A stretch of DNA of 64,000 bases from Octopus vulgaris (lineage: Eukaryota): the NCBI GenBank assembly GCA_951406725.2, contig OX597819.1, forward strand, positions 123,690,001 through 123,754,000. The letters run 5' to 3'. The notes under the pieces were generated by a model that saw only the letters and a program-made list of their open reading frames with translations, was not told the origin of the DNA and did no database searches. Shown here one piece after another: positions 12,822 through 26,989 of this stretch. Positions within the stretch are counted from its first letter, which is position 1. The number at the start of each line of letters is the position of its first letter. The translations under genes and the position numbers were made by a program.

Positions 12822-12882
<61 letters not shown>

Positions 12883-13389
12883 GAGTGAGAGAGCAGTGCA
12901 TGCCATCAAAGTGACACTGGGGTAAAATATACGAAGCCCAGTATACCCATCATGACTACCCGTCTGATAAGGGTACACTAGGCACATGCATCACAACCAC
13001 ATGTGCACAACATAGTGATCTCATATCAAGATGAACAGCGCATGACCTTGCAGGTGGGGCCCAGTTAGAATTTTCTTCTGGTCGAGTAACCGATCCCGCT
13101 CAAAAGGTCCCTCAATAAGGGTTGTTTAAGGATGTTGAAAGAACCACCCATGTTTTCAGAGGTGAATCATTCAAACCCTAAAGAATCCCTCTCAACACAT
13201 GGCTATGATGCTCCCCCACTACTTCTGCTCGTGATCAGTGATGCACATATCGTTAGCCACTAAGGGACATGGTCAACTGGTTAAGGTCAAACAGCTGACA
13301 AGCAAATCTGTGGTATTGAGCAGAATATTTGCTGTAGCCCATCTTTTATACGAAGACAAAGCAATGTACATGATAACACTTCCAATCAG

Positions 13390-13390
<1 letters not shown>
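12322..13390. mobile_element. Two tandem ~500 bp interspersed repeats separated and flanked by (TTA)n
   Basis: 12322-12823 and 12881-13390 align (ttgagtgagagagcagtgcatgcc...ttccaatcagtt). Probably retroelement-derived. Confidence 0.65.
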
Positions 13391-13461
<71 letters not shown>

Positions 13462-13554
13462 TATTATTATTATTATTATTATTACACATTGAATCCTCTC
13501 TTTCCTTCACAAACATAAAGGAAAAACGCTTTTCTACGTTTATATATTTTACAG

Positions 13555-13622
13555 TTTGTTTCCCAGCCCATATTATCTCGAATATCCTCAAGTTTTACTA
13601 TCCGGATTTCAATCGATGCTGA
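13555..13622 (+). CDS. Paralog 1, terminal coding exon (VCFPAHIISNILKFYYPDFNRC*)
   Basis: Acceptor tatattttacAG. 68 nt to TGA, identical coding length to 42002-42069 (CxPAHI...RC*). ATTAAA at ~13660. Confidence 0.88.
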
Positions 13623-13954
13623 ATGGAAGCAACAGATACTGTTACATTATTTTGACAATATTAAATTAATGGTCAACGAAATATAATGGAGTATTTAGAG
13701 TTTGTACCATATATTGACATCAACATATTGCTTCTGTTTGTATTCATGTGTCAGATGTTGCCATGAAATTATGTTTTGTAGCAGAAATTTGATGAAATGG
13801 TTAATTTGAAAGAACATCACTTCAGGATACAAGACATCAAATGGGTAGATAGAATATCATAGATACTGCAAGAAGGAAAGAATACAGACATAACTAAACA
13901 CACACACACACGCACGCACCCACGCAAGCACACACATACACTAATTTATATACA

Positions 13955-13999
<45 letters not shown>

Positions 14000-14337
14000 C
14001 GTTGAGGAGGTTATAAGAGATAATGGTGTCATTGAGACCCAAATGTGTCAAGTAATGCTGAATATGTGCTATAGATAGACCATAGTTAAGTTCCAGATTC
14101 GGTAATATTGCAAATAAAGGGTTCAACTTTGGTTCTATGTCAGCGTGTGTATATATGAATTTTTTGCGTAATGAGGTAAAAGACCAAGTCTGTATAGATA
14201 TTAGAGCATTTATATATAGGTCTTACAGCTGTCTCTCCATTATTAATTAATAATATCCCTTCATCGGAGACAGTGTGAGAGGGAAAATTAAGTCATAAAA
14301 AATTCGTATATATATACATATATATATATATATATAC

Positions 14338-14747
14338 AGGCGCAGGAGTGGCTGTGTGGTAAGTAACTTGTTTACCAGCCACATGGTTCCGGGTTCAGTC
14401 CCACTGCGTGGCACCTTGGGCAAGTGTCTTCTACTATTGCCTCGGGCCGGCCAAAGCCTTGTGAGTGGATTTGGTAGACGGAAACTGAAAGAAGCCCCTC
14501 GTATATATGTATATATATATATATGCGTGCGTGTGTTTGTGTGAGTGTGTTTGTCCCCCTAGCATTGCTTGACAACCGATGCTGGTGTGTTTATGTCCCC
14601 GTTACTTAGCGGTTCGGCCAAAGAGACCGATAGAATAAGTACTGGGCTTACAAAAGAATAAGTCCCGGGGTCGAGTTGCTCGATTAAAGGCGGTGCTCCA
14701 GCATGGCCGCAGTCAAATGACTGAAACAAGTGAAAGAGTAAAAGAGT
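14338..14747 (+). mobile_element. SINE family A
   Basis: Consensus match. Confidence 0.85.
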
Positions 14748-16243
14748 ATATATATGAGTGAAAATGTTTGGTAAGTGCTCAAGCGAAAATCTGATAGAAT
14801 GGCAAGTTAAAAAAACACTGACGAATGTAAACCAGACACAGAAGGTCTCCTATTCTTCATCATTTATCGACAAGAGGGAGAAGGTATGTCGCAATTTCGT
14901 GTCTTTAACGATAAGATTAAATCCCAGCTGGAGATTTAATCCAGCAAGATTTGTAGAGAAAACTGGACCGGGAAGAAACAAGCAATACAGGGATAACAAG
15001 CGACACCAAAATGGACATACGAAAATTAATAGATGTAATTCAAGATGATGGACGAGGGACAAAAAATGAAATGAATAAAACACAAACAGACTGCATCCCT
15101 GAGGCCAGATGAAAACGAAGCATGGGTAACGCTTAGAGGGATGTCTTAAAGATTGTAAGCAGAAGGGCAACGGACAGTGAGACAGGCTGGAGTTGGGACT
15201 AGAGAATTTACGACCGGCCACCTCAACGACCGGTGTAAAAAGAGAGAAATAGAAATAGGCTGACCATGAGATGACAAAGGAAAAACAATGCTTATGTTAT
15301 GAACTTTATTAGTTTAAGGCTTTTTCTGCTATAAAATGCAATGGACTCTCCGTTGAGTGCCTGAATAATATCCTATAGCAACATCTCAGCCTCAGATATG
15401 AAGTGCCATTTTATTTGGGAGAAAAATAATTATATTTTTGCAATATTATACAGATATTTTCTTATCTTAGTGGGCAGATTATCATAAACACTATCACATA
15501 CCATTCCCAAAGTATACAGAAGAGATGGAGGAAGGAGATAACGAGACAGTCACAAAGGCATGACAGGTCTATCAACCACTCGAACAACAATACTCCAAGA
15601 TCCCCGGGGTGGCGATCATGACAATTGCATTAAAATGAAAGACGGTGCCGAGGTGGTTGTTCTGTATTCGTTATTTCTGTTTCCACTCCGTTTCAAATCT
15701 ATTATATCTACTGGCGTTAGCGTTTAATCAAGGCATCAGCAGTGAGAAAGCCATTGCTGGTGTATATAAAAATGTGTACGTCAAAAAGGCAATTAGATTT
15801 ACTTGTGAAGTAGAAAAAATAAACACAAAAATCATATGCCTATATACACATGCGCACATAAATGTTATCTTCAAGCTGGTTGTATGTACTTAATTCTTGC
15901 AGTAACCAGACTAGCTTTGGTTTCATGTTGAGTGAGAATCTCTCAACAGTTATTCAAGTTTGTGCCTTGGGACGTTGGTCTCCATCTCGAATAAAAGAAA
16001 CACAATACTATATATCTCTCCCAGCATGAAAACAATTGTAGTTTGGTTACTCCACGAATGAAGAATATTTATCCACTAATGCGGCGTTAAGTATGCATTT
16101 TCGCTGTTCGATATTAATGCACACATAACATCTCTACTAATAGAGGTAAAAATATAGATTTAGTTAATTTGCTGTTATAAACAACACCTGAAACAAAAAC
16201 ACTCTCCGAGATGAAAACGTCCATTGTGGGAACGATAAAGTTA

Positions 16244-16626
16244 TCTCTCTATATATAAACGGCAATTTGTCTGTGCGTTTTCTGTGTGTCTGTTTTCTCG
16301 TACCCTCACTCTGACCACGGCTTTCAACCGATTCTGATGAAACTTGACACACACATAGCCCAATGTCATAATTCAAAACTAACGCAGCGAAAATTTTGAA
16401 AAGTTCCCCCAGTTCTGAAAAAAATCGATAAATTCGACATGGGGTCGAGAATCAGAAACCCAAACCACAGACCGTCTAGGGGACACAACTCCACCTTTTT
16501 TAACTCTCAAAAAAACTTTACCATCATTTTTTTCCATTTTTTTGCTATTTTTTGGCTATAACTCTCTAAAAATGCTTTATAGTTATTTCCCTTACAAACC
16601 CGAGCAACGCCGGGCGATACTGCTAG
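16244..16626 (+). mobile_element. Non-autonomous Helitron
   Basis: A|TCTCTCTATATATAAACGGCA ... CCCGAGCAACGCCGGG hairpin ... CTAG|T. Confidence 0.82.
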
Positions 16627-17231
16627 TCTCTCTTTAAACGATTCCAGCTGTGTTGAAATTCATCCAGTTTATGTGCGTTTTGCATTCATTAGTCCGGAAA
16701 TGAGAAGACCACATTTCCAAAACCAATCTTGCAAATAATTTAGGATCATTGTCCTCTCTGCCAAGCAACATTTGCACAGTCTTCTTCCGTTAAGATATGA
16801 CCCAGGTTGTTCCAACAGCTTCGATATTCAGCTGGTTAATGTTGAGATATTACAACTTTTTGATAACCTGTGATTAGCCTGATCTTAAACCAGTCCTCCG
16901 TGTCTCAGCAATATTTCTATTCCAATGTGTATATCTTTACGTTGTTAATGTTTCTGTTGCTGTTGTTACTGCTGCTCTTGGACACCACCTGTATTTTCAC
17001 CTTTATTACTAAGAGTGTTAAGTGATTCCGGCCAGCAGATCTGGTGTGGTGCCTACATCACCAACTTCAATAATAGGCGTAACAGCAATGGATCAAGTTG
17101 ACAAATGGACACATTCTTAAAGCTACACATTTAACCTAGTAGCAATAAATATATACACATATACTCATGTACAGTAACTAAGCGCATCTTATATACATAA
17201 GTGTGTGTGTGTGTGTGTATGTGTGTGTGTC

Positions 17232-17288
<57 letters not shown>

Positions 17289-19431
17289 CCGTATACAGAT
17301 ATTTTCTTATCTTAGTGGGCAGATTATCATAAACACTATCACATACCTATTTCTTTATTACCCACAAGGGGCTAAACACAGAGAGGACAAACAAGGACAG
17401 ACATGGGTATTAAGTCGATTACATCGACCCCAGTGCGTAACTGGTACTTATTTAATCGACGCCGAAAGGATGAAAGGAAAAGTCGACTTTGAACTCAGAA
17501 CGTAACGGCAGAGGAAATACGGCTACGCAATTCATCCGACGTGCTAACGTTTCTGCCAGCTATTCCCAAAGTATACAGAAGAGATAGGGGAAGGAGGTAA
17601 CGAGACAGTCACAAAGGCATGACAGGTCTATCAACCACTCGAACAACAATACTCCAAGATCCCCGGGGTGGCGATCATGACAATTGCATTAAAATGAAAG
17701 ACGGTGCCGAGGTGGTTGTTCTGTATTCGTTATTTCTGTTTCCACTCCGTTTCAAATCTATTATATCTACTGGCGTTAGCGTTTAATCAATGTTCAAAAT
17801 GGACGAGTGGTAGAAGATGATGGGTAATAGAAAAAGTGAAACTAGAAAAATGATTAAACATGGATGTAAAGGAACTAAGAGTTGCTTCTCTTGGTCCCGT
17901 TTGAATTGCAATTAATATAGTTCGTGTAATTAAAAAGTTGTTGGGTGAACCATATAATCTTCCATAAAAACTTCTCTTTGAAAGTAAAGACTAACATAAG
18001 TAGAAATTCTTGGCTCAAATCGATAAACATTACTCCGATAGCTATGGATGGAGGAATGCTTTTAAGTGAAAATTTCATACAACTACTGCCCTGACACGAA
18101 AGTTATACTCACTGGTAGATAACAACATGCTGTTCTCCAAATTGTAATTGTAGAAACCCAGGAACTTATCCACTTGACAACGCATGTAATATTAGTTCTG
18201 TAATATTAAGCCGAAGTGACCTCATTGCGCTGAATTAATGAAATTCAAAAGAAAAAGTACATTGATATTTTATATAATCTTCTACTGTTTCAGTCATTAG
18301 ACGACGGCCTTGCTGATGCTCCGTCATGAAGAATTTTGGTCCAATGAATTAACCATAGCACTTTAATTTTTTAAGGTTTGGTATTATTCTGTCGATCCCT
18401 TAGGATGAACTCCTAAGTTATGTGGACGTAAGCACACTACACACCAACACTGATTATCAAGCTGTAGTAGGAAACAACAACATATGCGCAGATACACACG
18501 TACGTCTACCAAATCCACTCGCAAGGCTTTGTTCAGCCCGCAGCTATAGTAGAAGATGCCATGCAGTGGAACTGAAACTGGAATCATGTGGTTGGGAGGC
18601 AAATTTCTTACCACATTGCTTTTCCTGTGAGAGTGACTTTAAGAAACGATATGCTAGCAACCGATCTTCTCTCCGTTTTGTGATTAAGAAGAGTACCACA
18701 CCGCTAGCTAGACATATATGGGACCTGAAAAGCAACAATTCACCAAAAAGCATCAAGCAGTGTATCATAGAAAAATCCAAAATTTAATGTCAAAGAGCTG
18801 CAGGCTCTGTAGGGTTAAAAGATCACATAACATTTTTAAACATGTGTGTGTGTGAGTGTGTGCGTGCGTGTGTGAATAATTGAAATGCGTAATTTGTGAC
18901 CGTGCCTGTACGCCGCAACCGCTTGATGGAAAATCTTTGTTTGATTACGTACCTGTAACTTAGCGAATGGGTTAAAGAAAAAATTGAATGTGTACCAGGG
19001 TTAGTAAAATAAATTTTGGAGCCAATTCTTTCGTCTAAATTTTTTCCAAGGCTTTGCTCATCATGAACATGCTTTAATGACTGAAACAAGTAAAAAAATT
19101 AAAGATTGATGTTACCACCAGGATTTGAAATGCTAGCGCTTCCACTTCTTTGTTGACGGAGATGATTTGTTGTAAGAACAGGGAGAAAAATATCTTTTAT
19201 CGTTTACTAGTTTCAGTCATTGGAATGTTTTTATACTTGGGTACCATTTGAAAACATTTTCTTAGAACTGATCGACCACAAGACTTATTTATTCAAAGCC
19301 TGGTACTTGTTCTATGTGTCTCTTTTGGAGACGTAAACAGCATCGGTTCTCAAGCGTTGATGCAAGGCATACACAGATACAAAGATGCACTTACTCTGAC
19401 ACAAACACGCACACACACACATATATATATA

Positions 19432-19521
<90 letters not shown>

Positions 19522-19880
19522 CATTTAACAAACCTGTTTTGATATCATTAGTTGGAAAATAAAGCTTTGTATCTGTCCAGTATAAAACAAGAGTTGAACA
19601 GCGAAACACTGGTATATCCTACATATTTATAGCTTTGGTCATATCTTACTTACTTGTACTTGTGGCGACATTCATCCTGGGCGGGTTGAGTCGGCTTCTT
19701 CTACCTCGAGGCATTGTATTCGCCATTGAGAATTCATGGAAGAAGTTTCGTGGGAATATGTGGATTTGACAAGCAGTCCCCAACAATCCCGCTTGAAGAG
19801 ACATCCTGTTTGCCGCAGATTGTCCGCAGACGCAGGGACAGAACGACCGAGGAGCCGCGGTTGCCGAAACAGGCACAAAG

Positions 19881-19919
<39 letters not shown>

Positions 19920-19920
19920 C

Positions 19921-19979
<59 letters not shown>

Positions 19980-21199
19980 GTGTAATAAATAAAATATATG
20001 CATACATACAAACATATATGTACGTACCGACATCTACATGTATATATACATGCATATATAAATATATATACGTACAGGACACCACAAGAAGACGTAAAAA
20101 TCAACAGAAACGAAAACGGAAAAGCCATTTTCTTACAACAGAAGGACAGAGACGTGGAACAAGACGAAACGAAAACGGGAAAAACAATTATGTACAGCAG
20201 AAAAACGAAGTACAGGACATGCTGCACAAGGAAAAATCCCCTTCATCAGCTGTCGCTAGCAGACATAGCATGTTTCGAAGGCAAGACAGGACACGTCAAG
20301 TCATGCTAGGCCTTCCTACGAGAGAATTAAAATAAAATAACCTCGTAGAGGGGTAAAACGAGCAAGAAAAAATGTAACACAAAAAGGGACGTAACAAAGA
20401 ACTGCACAAAAAAAAATACAAGAAAAAAAATACAAAATTAAAGATACATGTACAAGAAAATACAAAACGAGAATTAAATTACAATACGAGAAATCAAAAT
20501 AAACAAGAGAACAAACGAAAAAGACGAACGAAGGCCTTTGTTCTGGCGGGGACGAGAAGGTAACTAGCGAGCGCTGGGAAACATGACCTTACGGCCTGAA
20601 GGCAACAGGCGAAAGAATTAGCAGTGACGAAAGTGGGTAGGAGTGGGAGAGAGAGAGAGACAGATAGAGGAAGACATGTACGACGAGCTTCTTTCATTTT
20701 CCGTTTACCAAATCCACTCAAAAGGCCTTGGTTACTCGAGGCTTTTATAGCAGACAGTTGTCCAAGGTGCCACGCAGGGAGAATGAATCAAGAACCGCGT
20801 GGTTGGGAAACAAGCTTCTTAGCATTCAGCCACGACTACGCAGACAATAAATAATAAAATACTGACATCGAAATTAAATGTTATGATATTAAAGAAACAC
20901 AGAAGAATTGTAAAATTAATAAAGAACATTAATTATTCAAGACACCAACACAAAAAAGAAATGAAATACAACGAAAGTCATAATAAAATACTCATATAAT
21001 TTAAGTCATAACAAAGTAATTTCTATAAATTAACGGTCGAAATTACCAATAAAAAATAGGTAATCAGGAGTGCTAATGATTAATATAAAGAAATGTTTAT
21101 AAGATATAATTAAAGTATATAAAACTAATTTTAAAATTTATAGAATTAAAATTAAGCAATTAAATGGTTGCAAATAATAGCTGAAGTTGTGGGGTTTGT

Positions 21200-22772
21200 T
21201 TTCTCCTTCTTAGAACTGTTATTTACCAGTAAGATCAGTGAAAAAGAGAACACCAACGCTGAACTATTGAGAAATCTGCATTTACTCTAACCAGATAACA
21301 AGTTCAGGATTATATTTGTAATTATTGGGGCTCCGGGATATGTAACACACTGCCTAAATACCCAATCTTGAGAAATTAGGCTGCCCATAACGAGAAAAGA
21401 GAAAGCTAATTCGAAGACTATAGATCCAATCCATCACTGGAACTGTAAAAGTCTGTAAAACTTTCCCGACGTTTATCATTTAAATACATATATGAGCATG
21501 TCTAGATATGCAATTATATGCATGAGAATACATACATAAAACATACAAATCTGCACATACATGCATACATACATACATGCATATAAACAAACAAACCTGG
21601 TGTTGATGTTGAAATTCCAATGACGGAGCTTTGGATCTAGGTTAGAAACCGGCTCTTTATTGGCAAGAAATCTTGAAATAAATTGAATAACGACATACAT
21701 ACCTTGAGCAACATCTTTCAACCACCAAGTGTCGAAGTATCTCTCGTGACCAAGTGTGCATACATGAGGCTGATAACATCATAAGACTTGGAAGGTAACT
21801 CCTTTAGGAACATTCCTTCTCTGATAACCTAGGATACATACCCAAAGTTGCTCGATCCTACCGCAACATATCATCAGATGAAAGGGCGAGCCTATATCAG
21901 CAGAATACAATGCATGGACATGTTAGTAGAAAGTTCTGAGATGATAATAACATTGATTATCAAAGGAGTTTATCATGGACCAATGGCCGGATTACTACCT
22001 CACGTTTTGAAGGGTATGCATTTGCAGTCCAGGAACAGGAAGTATCAACCAAGTACCTGATGCACAAAATAGATAGAGACGACTAGGAAGAGAAGAAAGA
22101 TGTGACAACCGATGCAGACTGTGGAGTTATCACCGAAAATATCATCCACATCATAAGCAGTTGTCCGAAAATGTCATCACGATATTATCTACTGATGAGA
22201 CATGATGCTATAGCTAAGGCACTCTATAATGAAACCCGTCGGAAGGATACACACGAAGACAAAGAAATAAGAACCCACAATATGATAGAAGCCATAGCCA
22301 CTCATAATAAAAAAGGAGTACTGGTGGAATGTCCAATTGAAGACTTCAATAAAATGTAAGCACAACAGACCTGATATCATAATTTGAGACAGAGAAGAGA
22401 AACTGTGCACATTTGTGGAAATTAGCTTCACGGCGGATGTTAACATAAAGCTGGAGATCAGTGAAAAAGAGAACACCTACGCTGAACTATTGAGAAATCT
22501 GTAGTTACTCTATTCAGATTAAAAATTCAGGTTTATTCCTGTCATTTTAGGGGCCGTGAGATATGTAACACACTGATTAAATACCAATCTTGAGAAATTA
22601 TGCTTCTCAAAACCAGAAAGGAGGAAGCTAATTCGAAAACTACAGATCAAATCCATCACTAGAACTGTAAAACTTTCTAGAACTTTATTATTTAAAGGTA
22701 TATGAGCATGTCTAGATATGTAAATATATGCATGAGAATACATCCATAAAACAAAACATAAAAATCTGCACA

Positions 22773-22780
<8 letters not shown>
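21200..22780 (+). mobile_element. Decayed RLE-type (NeSL/R4-like) non-LTR retrotransposon fragments, two 3' ends
   Basis: Zinc-knuckle region ENIIHIISSCPKMSSRYY..RHDAIAK, then HNRPDII..VEIS..EKENTYAEL (PD-D/ExK endonuclease). Repeated 3' UTR. Confidence 0.75.
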
Positions 22781-22803
<23 letters not shown>

Positions 22804-23784
22804 CATACATACATACATACATACATACATACGTACGTACGTATGCACGTACGTACGTATGTATGTATGTATGTATGTATGTATGCATGTATGTATGTAT
22901 GTATGTATGTATGTATGTATGTATGTATGTATGTATGTTTGCATGTATGTATGTATTTATGTATGTATGTATGTATGTATGTATGTATGTATGTATGTAG
23001 AGGCGTCTATATTTTCACCGTCTACCAAATTCACTAACAAGATATGAGTCGGCTTTGTGCTATAGCAAAAGACGAGTGATAGCAAATGGAATCCTTTAAC
23101 CACACCGCCATATCTACATCAATTTTGCAACTCTTTTTACGATTTTCCTTTTTCTACTTTTGTACACCTTTGGGAATTCGTAGACATTATTAGTTTCACG
23201 TTCCTATTTTAGTGAATAATCACATTCCTTTTCTGCTAACAATTTTCGGCTTATATGAGTGAAGGTGACAGATTTCTTCGTAAATTTCTTACTATTTTAT
23301 TATTGCTTTTTTTTCATTTTTTCATCATATTTGTTGCCTTTTTTTTAACATAATGTGTCATCTTCTCAAAACGCTAATGACGCTAGTATTGTGTTTATCT
23401 GCTATTTTTATCATTATTGGTTTTAAATCTAAGCATCTCTTCCAAGTCTTTCGATTAGTAATTGATGTGAATGTTCACTGTTCAAGTTAATTACATGAAA
23501 CGATGATTATAGTTCACAAAATTTATGAAACAGCTTTAGTACTTTTTTTTTGCTGCGGTGGGGGCTGTACATACTTCTGATGAGTACGAAGGAGACATCT
23601 TTAGTTATTTATTTATTTATTCATTTATTTGACAAAGAGATCTGTTCGTGACATATTTGTACAAAAGTGCAAAATATCTTCCGTGATTCATTGAAATTAA
23701 GGTTTTGAATTGTTAAAATACTTTGTAGTCACTTTGAGAGAACTGGAACCTCTTGTGTTGAACCATATTCTTCATAAATCTCTG

Positions 23785-24358
23785 ATCTTCAAAATCTGGC
23801 AAATAGTCTGTGGTACAGAACAGTGTAAGTTCTCTCAAGTTGGTCTAAAATTATCTTATTTAAGTTTAAAATTCTCTCACCATTTCTCTGATTCTTGGCA
23901 ATGTTTTTGTCTTTAATTAGTTTGCTTTACTAATCCTGCTGTCGCCCCGATCCAGAGTAAGCCTGACTCTGACTGGAATTATTTTTCGGAATATAATGAG
24001 TCTCCTGGAATACATTGAAATTATCGATTCTGTCAAGTTGGTCGAGAATATTTTGTCTGCAAGCTAACACCTACAGAAGCATCTAGATTCCATTTTGCTA
24101 GTCATTGGGTGTTTATATTTCTCAGAATCGATAATTTCAATGTATTCCAGGAGACTCATTATATTCCGAAAAATAATTCCAGTCAGAGTCAGGCTTACTC
24201 TGGATCGGGGCGACAGCAGGATTAGTGAAGCAAACTAATTAAAGACAAAAACATTGCCAAGAATCAGAGAAATGGTGAGAGAATTTTAAACTTAAACAAG
24301 ATGGTTTTAGACCAACTTGACAGAACTCGCACTGTTCTCTGGCACAGTATATTTTGAA
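23785..24358. repeat. Long inverted repeat, ~245 bp arms with ~90 bp spacer
   Basis: 23785-24032 is the reverse complement of ~24123-24358. Confidence 0.9.
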
Positions 24359-24799
24359 GAATGCAACCCAGTACGAGTAACAAAACTCATATCATCTCCC
24401 TCGAGAACTTATCAACCTGGAATTGTATTCCCATTTTTTACTTGTTGGCTTTTAAGTTACTCCATAATGATGATCCCTCATTTCGTTGACCGTATTTTAA
24501 AAGAGCCCTCCTGACACACACCACTTGACCCCACTCTGTCTCCAGAAGAGTTTGACCTCTGAAGATGTCCATCGGGTTATGCTTGTAGCTCTTGCCAACG
24601 AGCCGAAAATTATAGTATCCTTTATCGACGCCGCAGCTGATGGAGGTGGTGGTTTTGATACTCCAAGTGAATATAACCTTTGTTATGGCTGTGATTACGA
24701 ATATATAATAATAATTATCTAATAAGGATTTTATAGTGCTTCCTGTGTTGGCTGGGTCTTGGACATATTTTCGATTATAAAATAGCTTGTTATACGTAT

Positions 24800-25212
24800 T
24801 GCTTTACTACCCACAAGGGACTAAACACAGAGAGGACAAACAAAGACAGACAAACGGATTAAGTCGATTATATCGACCCCAGTGCGTAACTGGTACTTAT
24901 TTAATCAACCCCGAAAGGATGAAAGGCAAAGTCGGCCTCGGGGTAATTTGAACTCAGAATGTAGCGGCAGACGAAATACCTATTTCTTTATTACCCACAA
25001 GGGGCTAAACACAGAGGGGACAAACAAGGACAGACATAGGTATTAAGTCGATTACATCGACCCCCAGTGCGTAACTGGTACTTATTTAATCAACCCCGAA
25101 AGGATGAAAGGCAAAGTCGGCCTCGGCGGAATTTGAACTCACAACGTAACGCAGACGAAATACCGCTAAGCATTTCGCCCGGCGTGCTAACGTTTCTGCC
25201 AGCTCACCGCCT
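24800..25212 (-). mobile_element. SINE family B dimer
   Basis: Reverse complement units. Confidence 0.85.
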
Positions 25213-26768
25213 TATTAAAATAGCTGTTATGCGTTCATTATAGAATTCTGGATGCAAATTAATATCAACCTGGCATGTATCTAAATAAGTAATACAATAT
25301 ATAATTGGTGTGATTCTTCAAATTTATTTCAATTTTTGTTTCATTCAACCTATCGAAATATAGAAAAAGGCTGGGTGCTCAGGGTAGCTTTATTGAGTTG
25401 AGATTCCTCTTCGGAAACTGTGTGTTGAAATTCTTCCAAATATGGTTCTTGGTTATAATCACTGCAGTTCCTCTTGTCAGTTGAAAACCAAACGGATTAC
25501 ATTGAGACTGAAATTTTTTTGGGGGAAGGAGGCCAATCGATTAGATCGACACCCGTACGCAACTGGTATACCACTATGCATTTTGCCCGGCTTGCTAACG
25601 TTTCTTCCAGCTCGCCAGCTTAAAATAGTCTAGAATCTTTTCTACTGTAGGCACAAGGGTCGAAATTTGGTGGGAGGAATCCAGTCGATTAGAATGACCT
25701 CAGTACGCAACTGGTACTTAATTTATCGACCCCGAAAGGATGAAAAGCAAAATCGACCCCGGCGAAATTTGAAGTCAGAACTTAAAGGCTGACGAAACAC
25801 CACTAAGCATTTCGCCCGGTTTGCTACCGATTCTGCCAGCTCGCCGCCTTTGCAGTTTTGCAGTACTAAAATCTCGAATACTATACAATTGTGAACATGT
25901 GAAACTTAGCAAAATATAAAATTTTTAATACATTTTAAATAATCAACCAGAAAGTGCAGGAGTGGCTGTGTGGTAATGGTTTCAATCCCACTGCGTGGCA
26001 ACTTGGGCAGGTGTATTCTACTATAGCCTCGGGCCGACCAAAGCCTTGTGAGTAGATTTGGTAGATGAAAACTGAACGAAGGCCGTCGTATATATATATA
26101 TATATGTACATACGAACACATCAACGTCGGTTGTCAAGCGATGGTGGGGAACAAACACAGACACAAACAACAAATACATACATGTATAAATATATATATA
26201 TCGCTTGACAACCGACGTTGGTGTGTTCGGTAAAAGAGACCAATACAATAAGTACTAAGCTTACAAAGAATAAATCCTGGGGTCGATTTATTCGAGTCAA
26301 GGTGTTATTCCATCATGGCCGCAGTCAAATGACTTATAGAAATAAAAGAGGAATCATTTAGATGATGATGTAAGTATATCGTACACATTATCATTTATTA
26401 CGTGTATAAAAAAGAAGACAAGTTAAAAATTGGAGATTGAGCAGTAAATTTTAAAAGTGTTGTCATTAGCTAAATTATCTACTAGACTGAGGAAAATATT
26501 TTATTCATTTTATTAAAAAAATATACTATTTGGAACTTTCTTAGTGATTGCCATTCAAAATCTGATAACGGGAGGAAACGGAACAAATTTTGTCCATTTT
26601 AATAAATTTGCATATGACATTTTATGACTCACATGATAAATCAAGAACAAGTTCTAAGATGCAATTGCTATTTTCATGAAGACCCGAAAGATATTTATTA
26701 TGAAATACTGCTAACAGCTGTTGTCTGCAATAGGCTAATCGTTTTGTAGGTGTTCGAAAATTTATCAT

Positions 26769-26810
26769 ATGATTTTTCATCTCCAATGTAGTTACGTTCA
26801 ACTTAGTACG
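26769..26810 (+). CDS. Paralog 2, probable first major coding exon (MIFHLQCSYVQLST)
   Basis: ATG to donor G|GTAAGT, phase 0, compatible with the next exon. Acceptor-like ttttgtAG at 26749. Identical in paralog 3. Confidence 0.6.
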
Positions 26811-26989
26811 GTAAGTAAAAATGTGCAATGTTATGTTTTGGCAGTCAGGTCCGATAAAGAATTATATAATAATTGAAGGAGATTACAATACCAGTTCCAT
26901 GGCAGAAATAATTTTGTTTTTAATGAGTAGAGTCGTTAATATATTTCATACTTATTAGCTTTCCAGAAAAAGTAATCCAAAGGCCGCAA

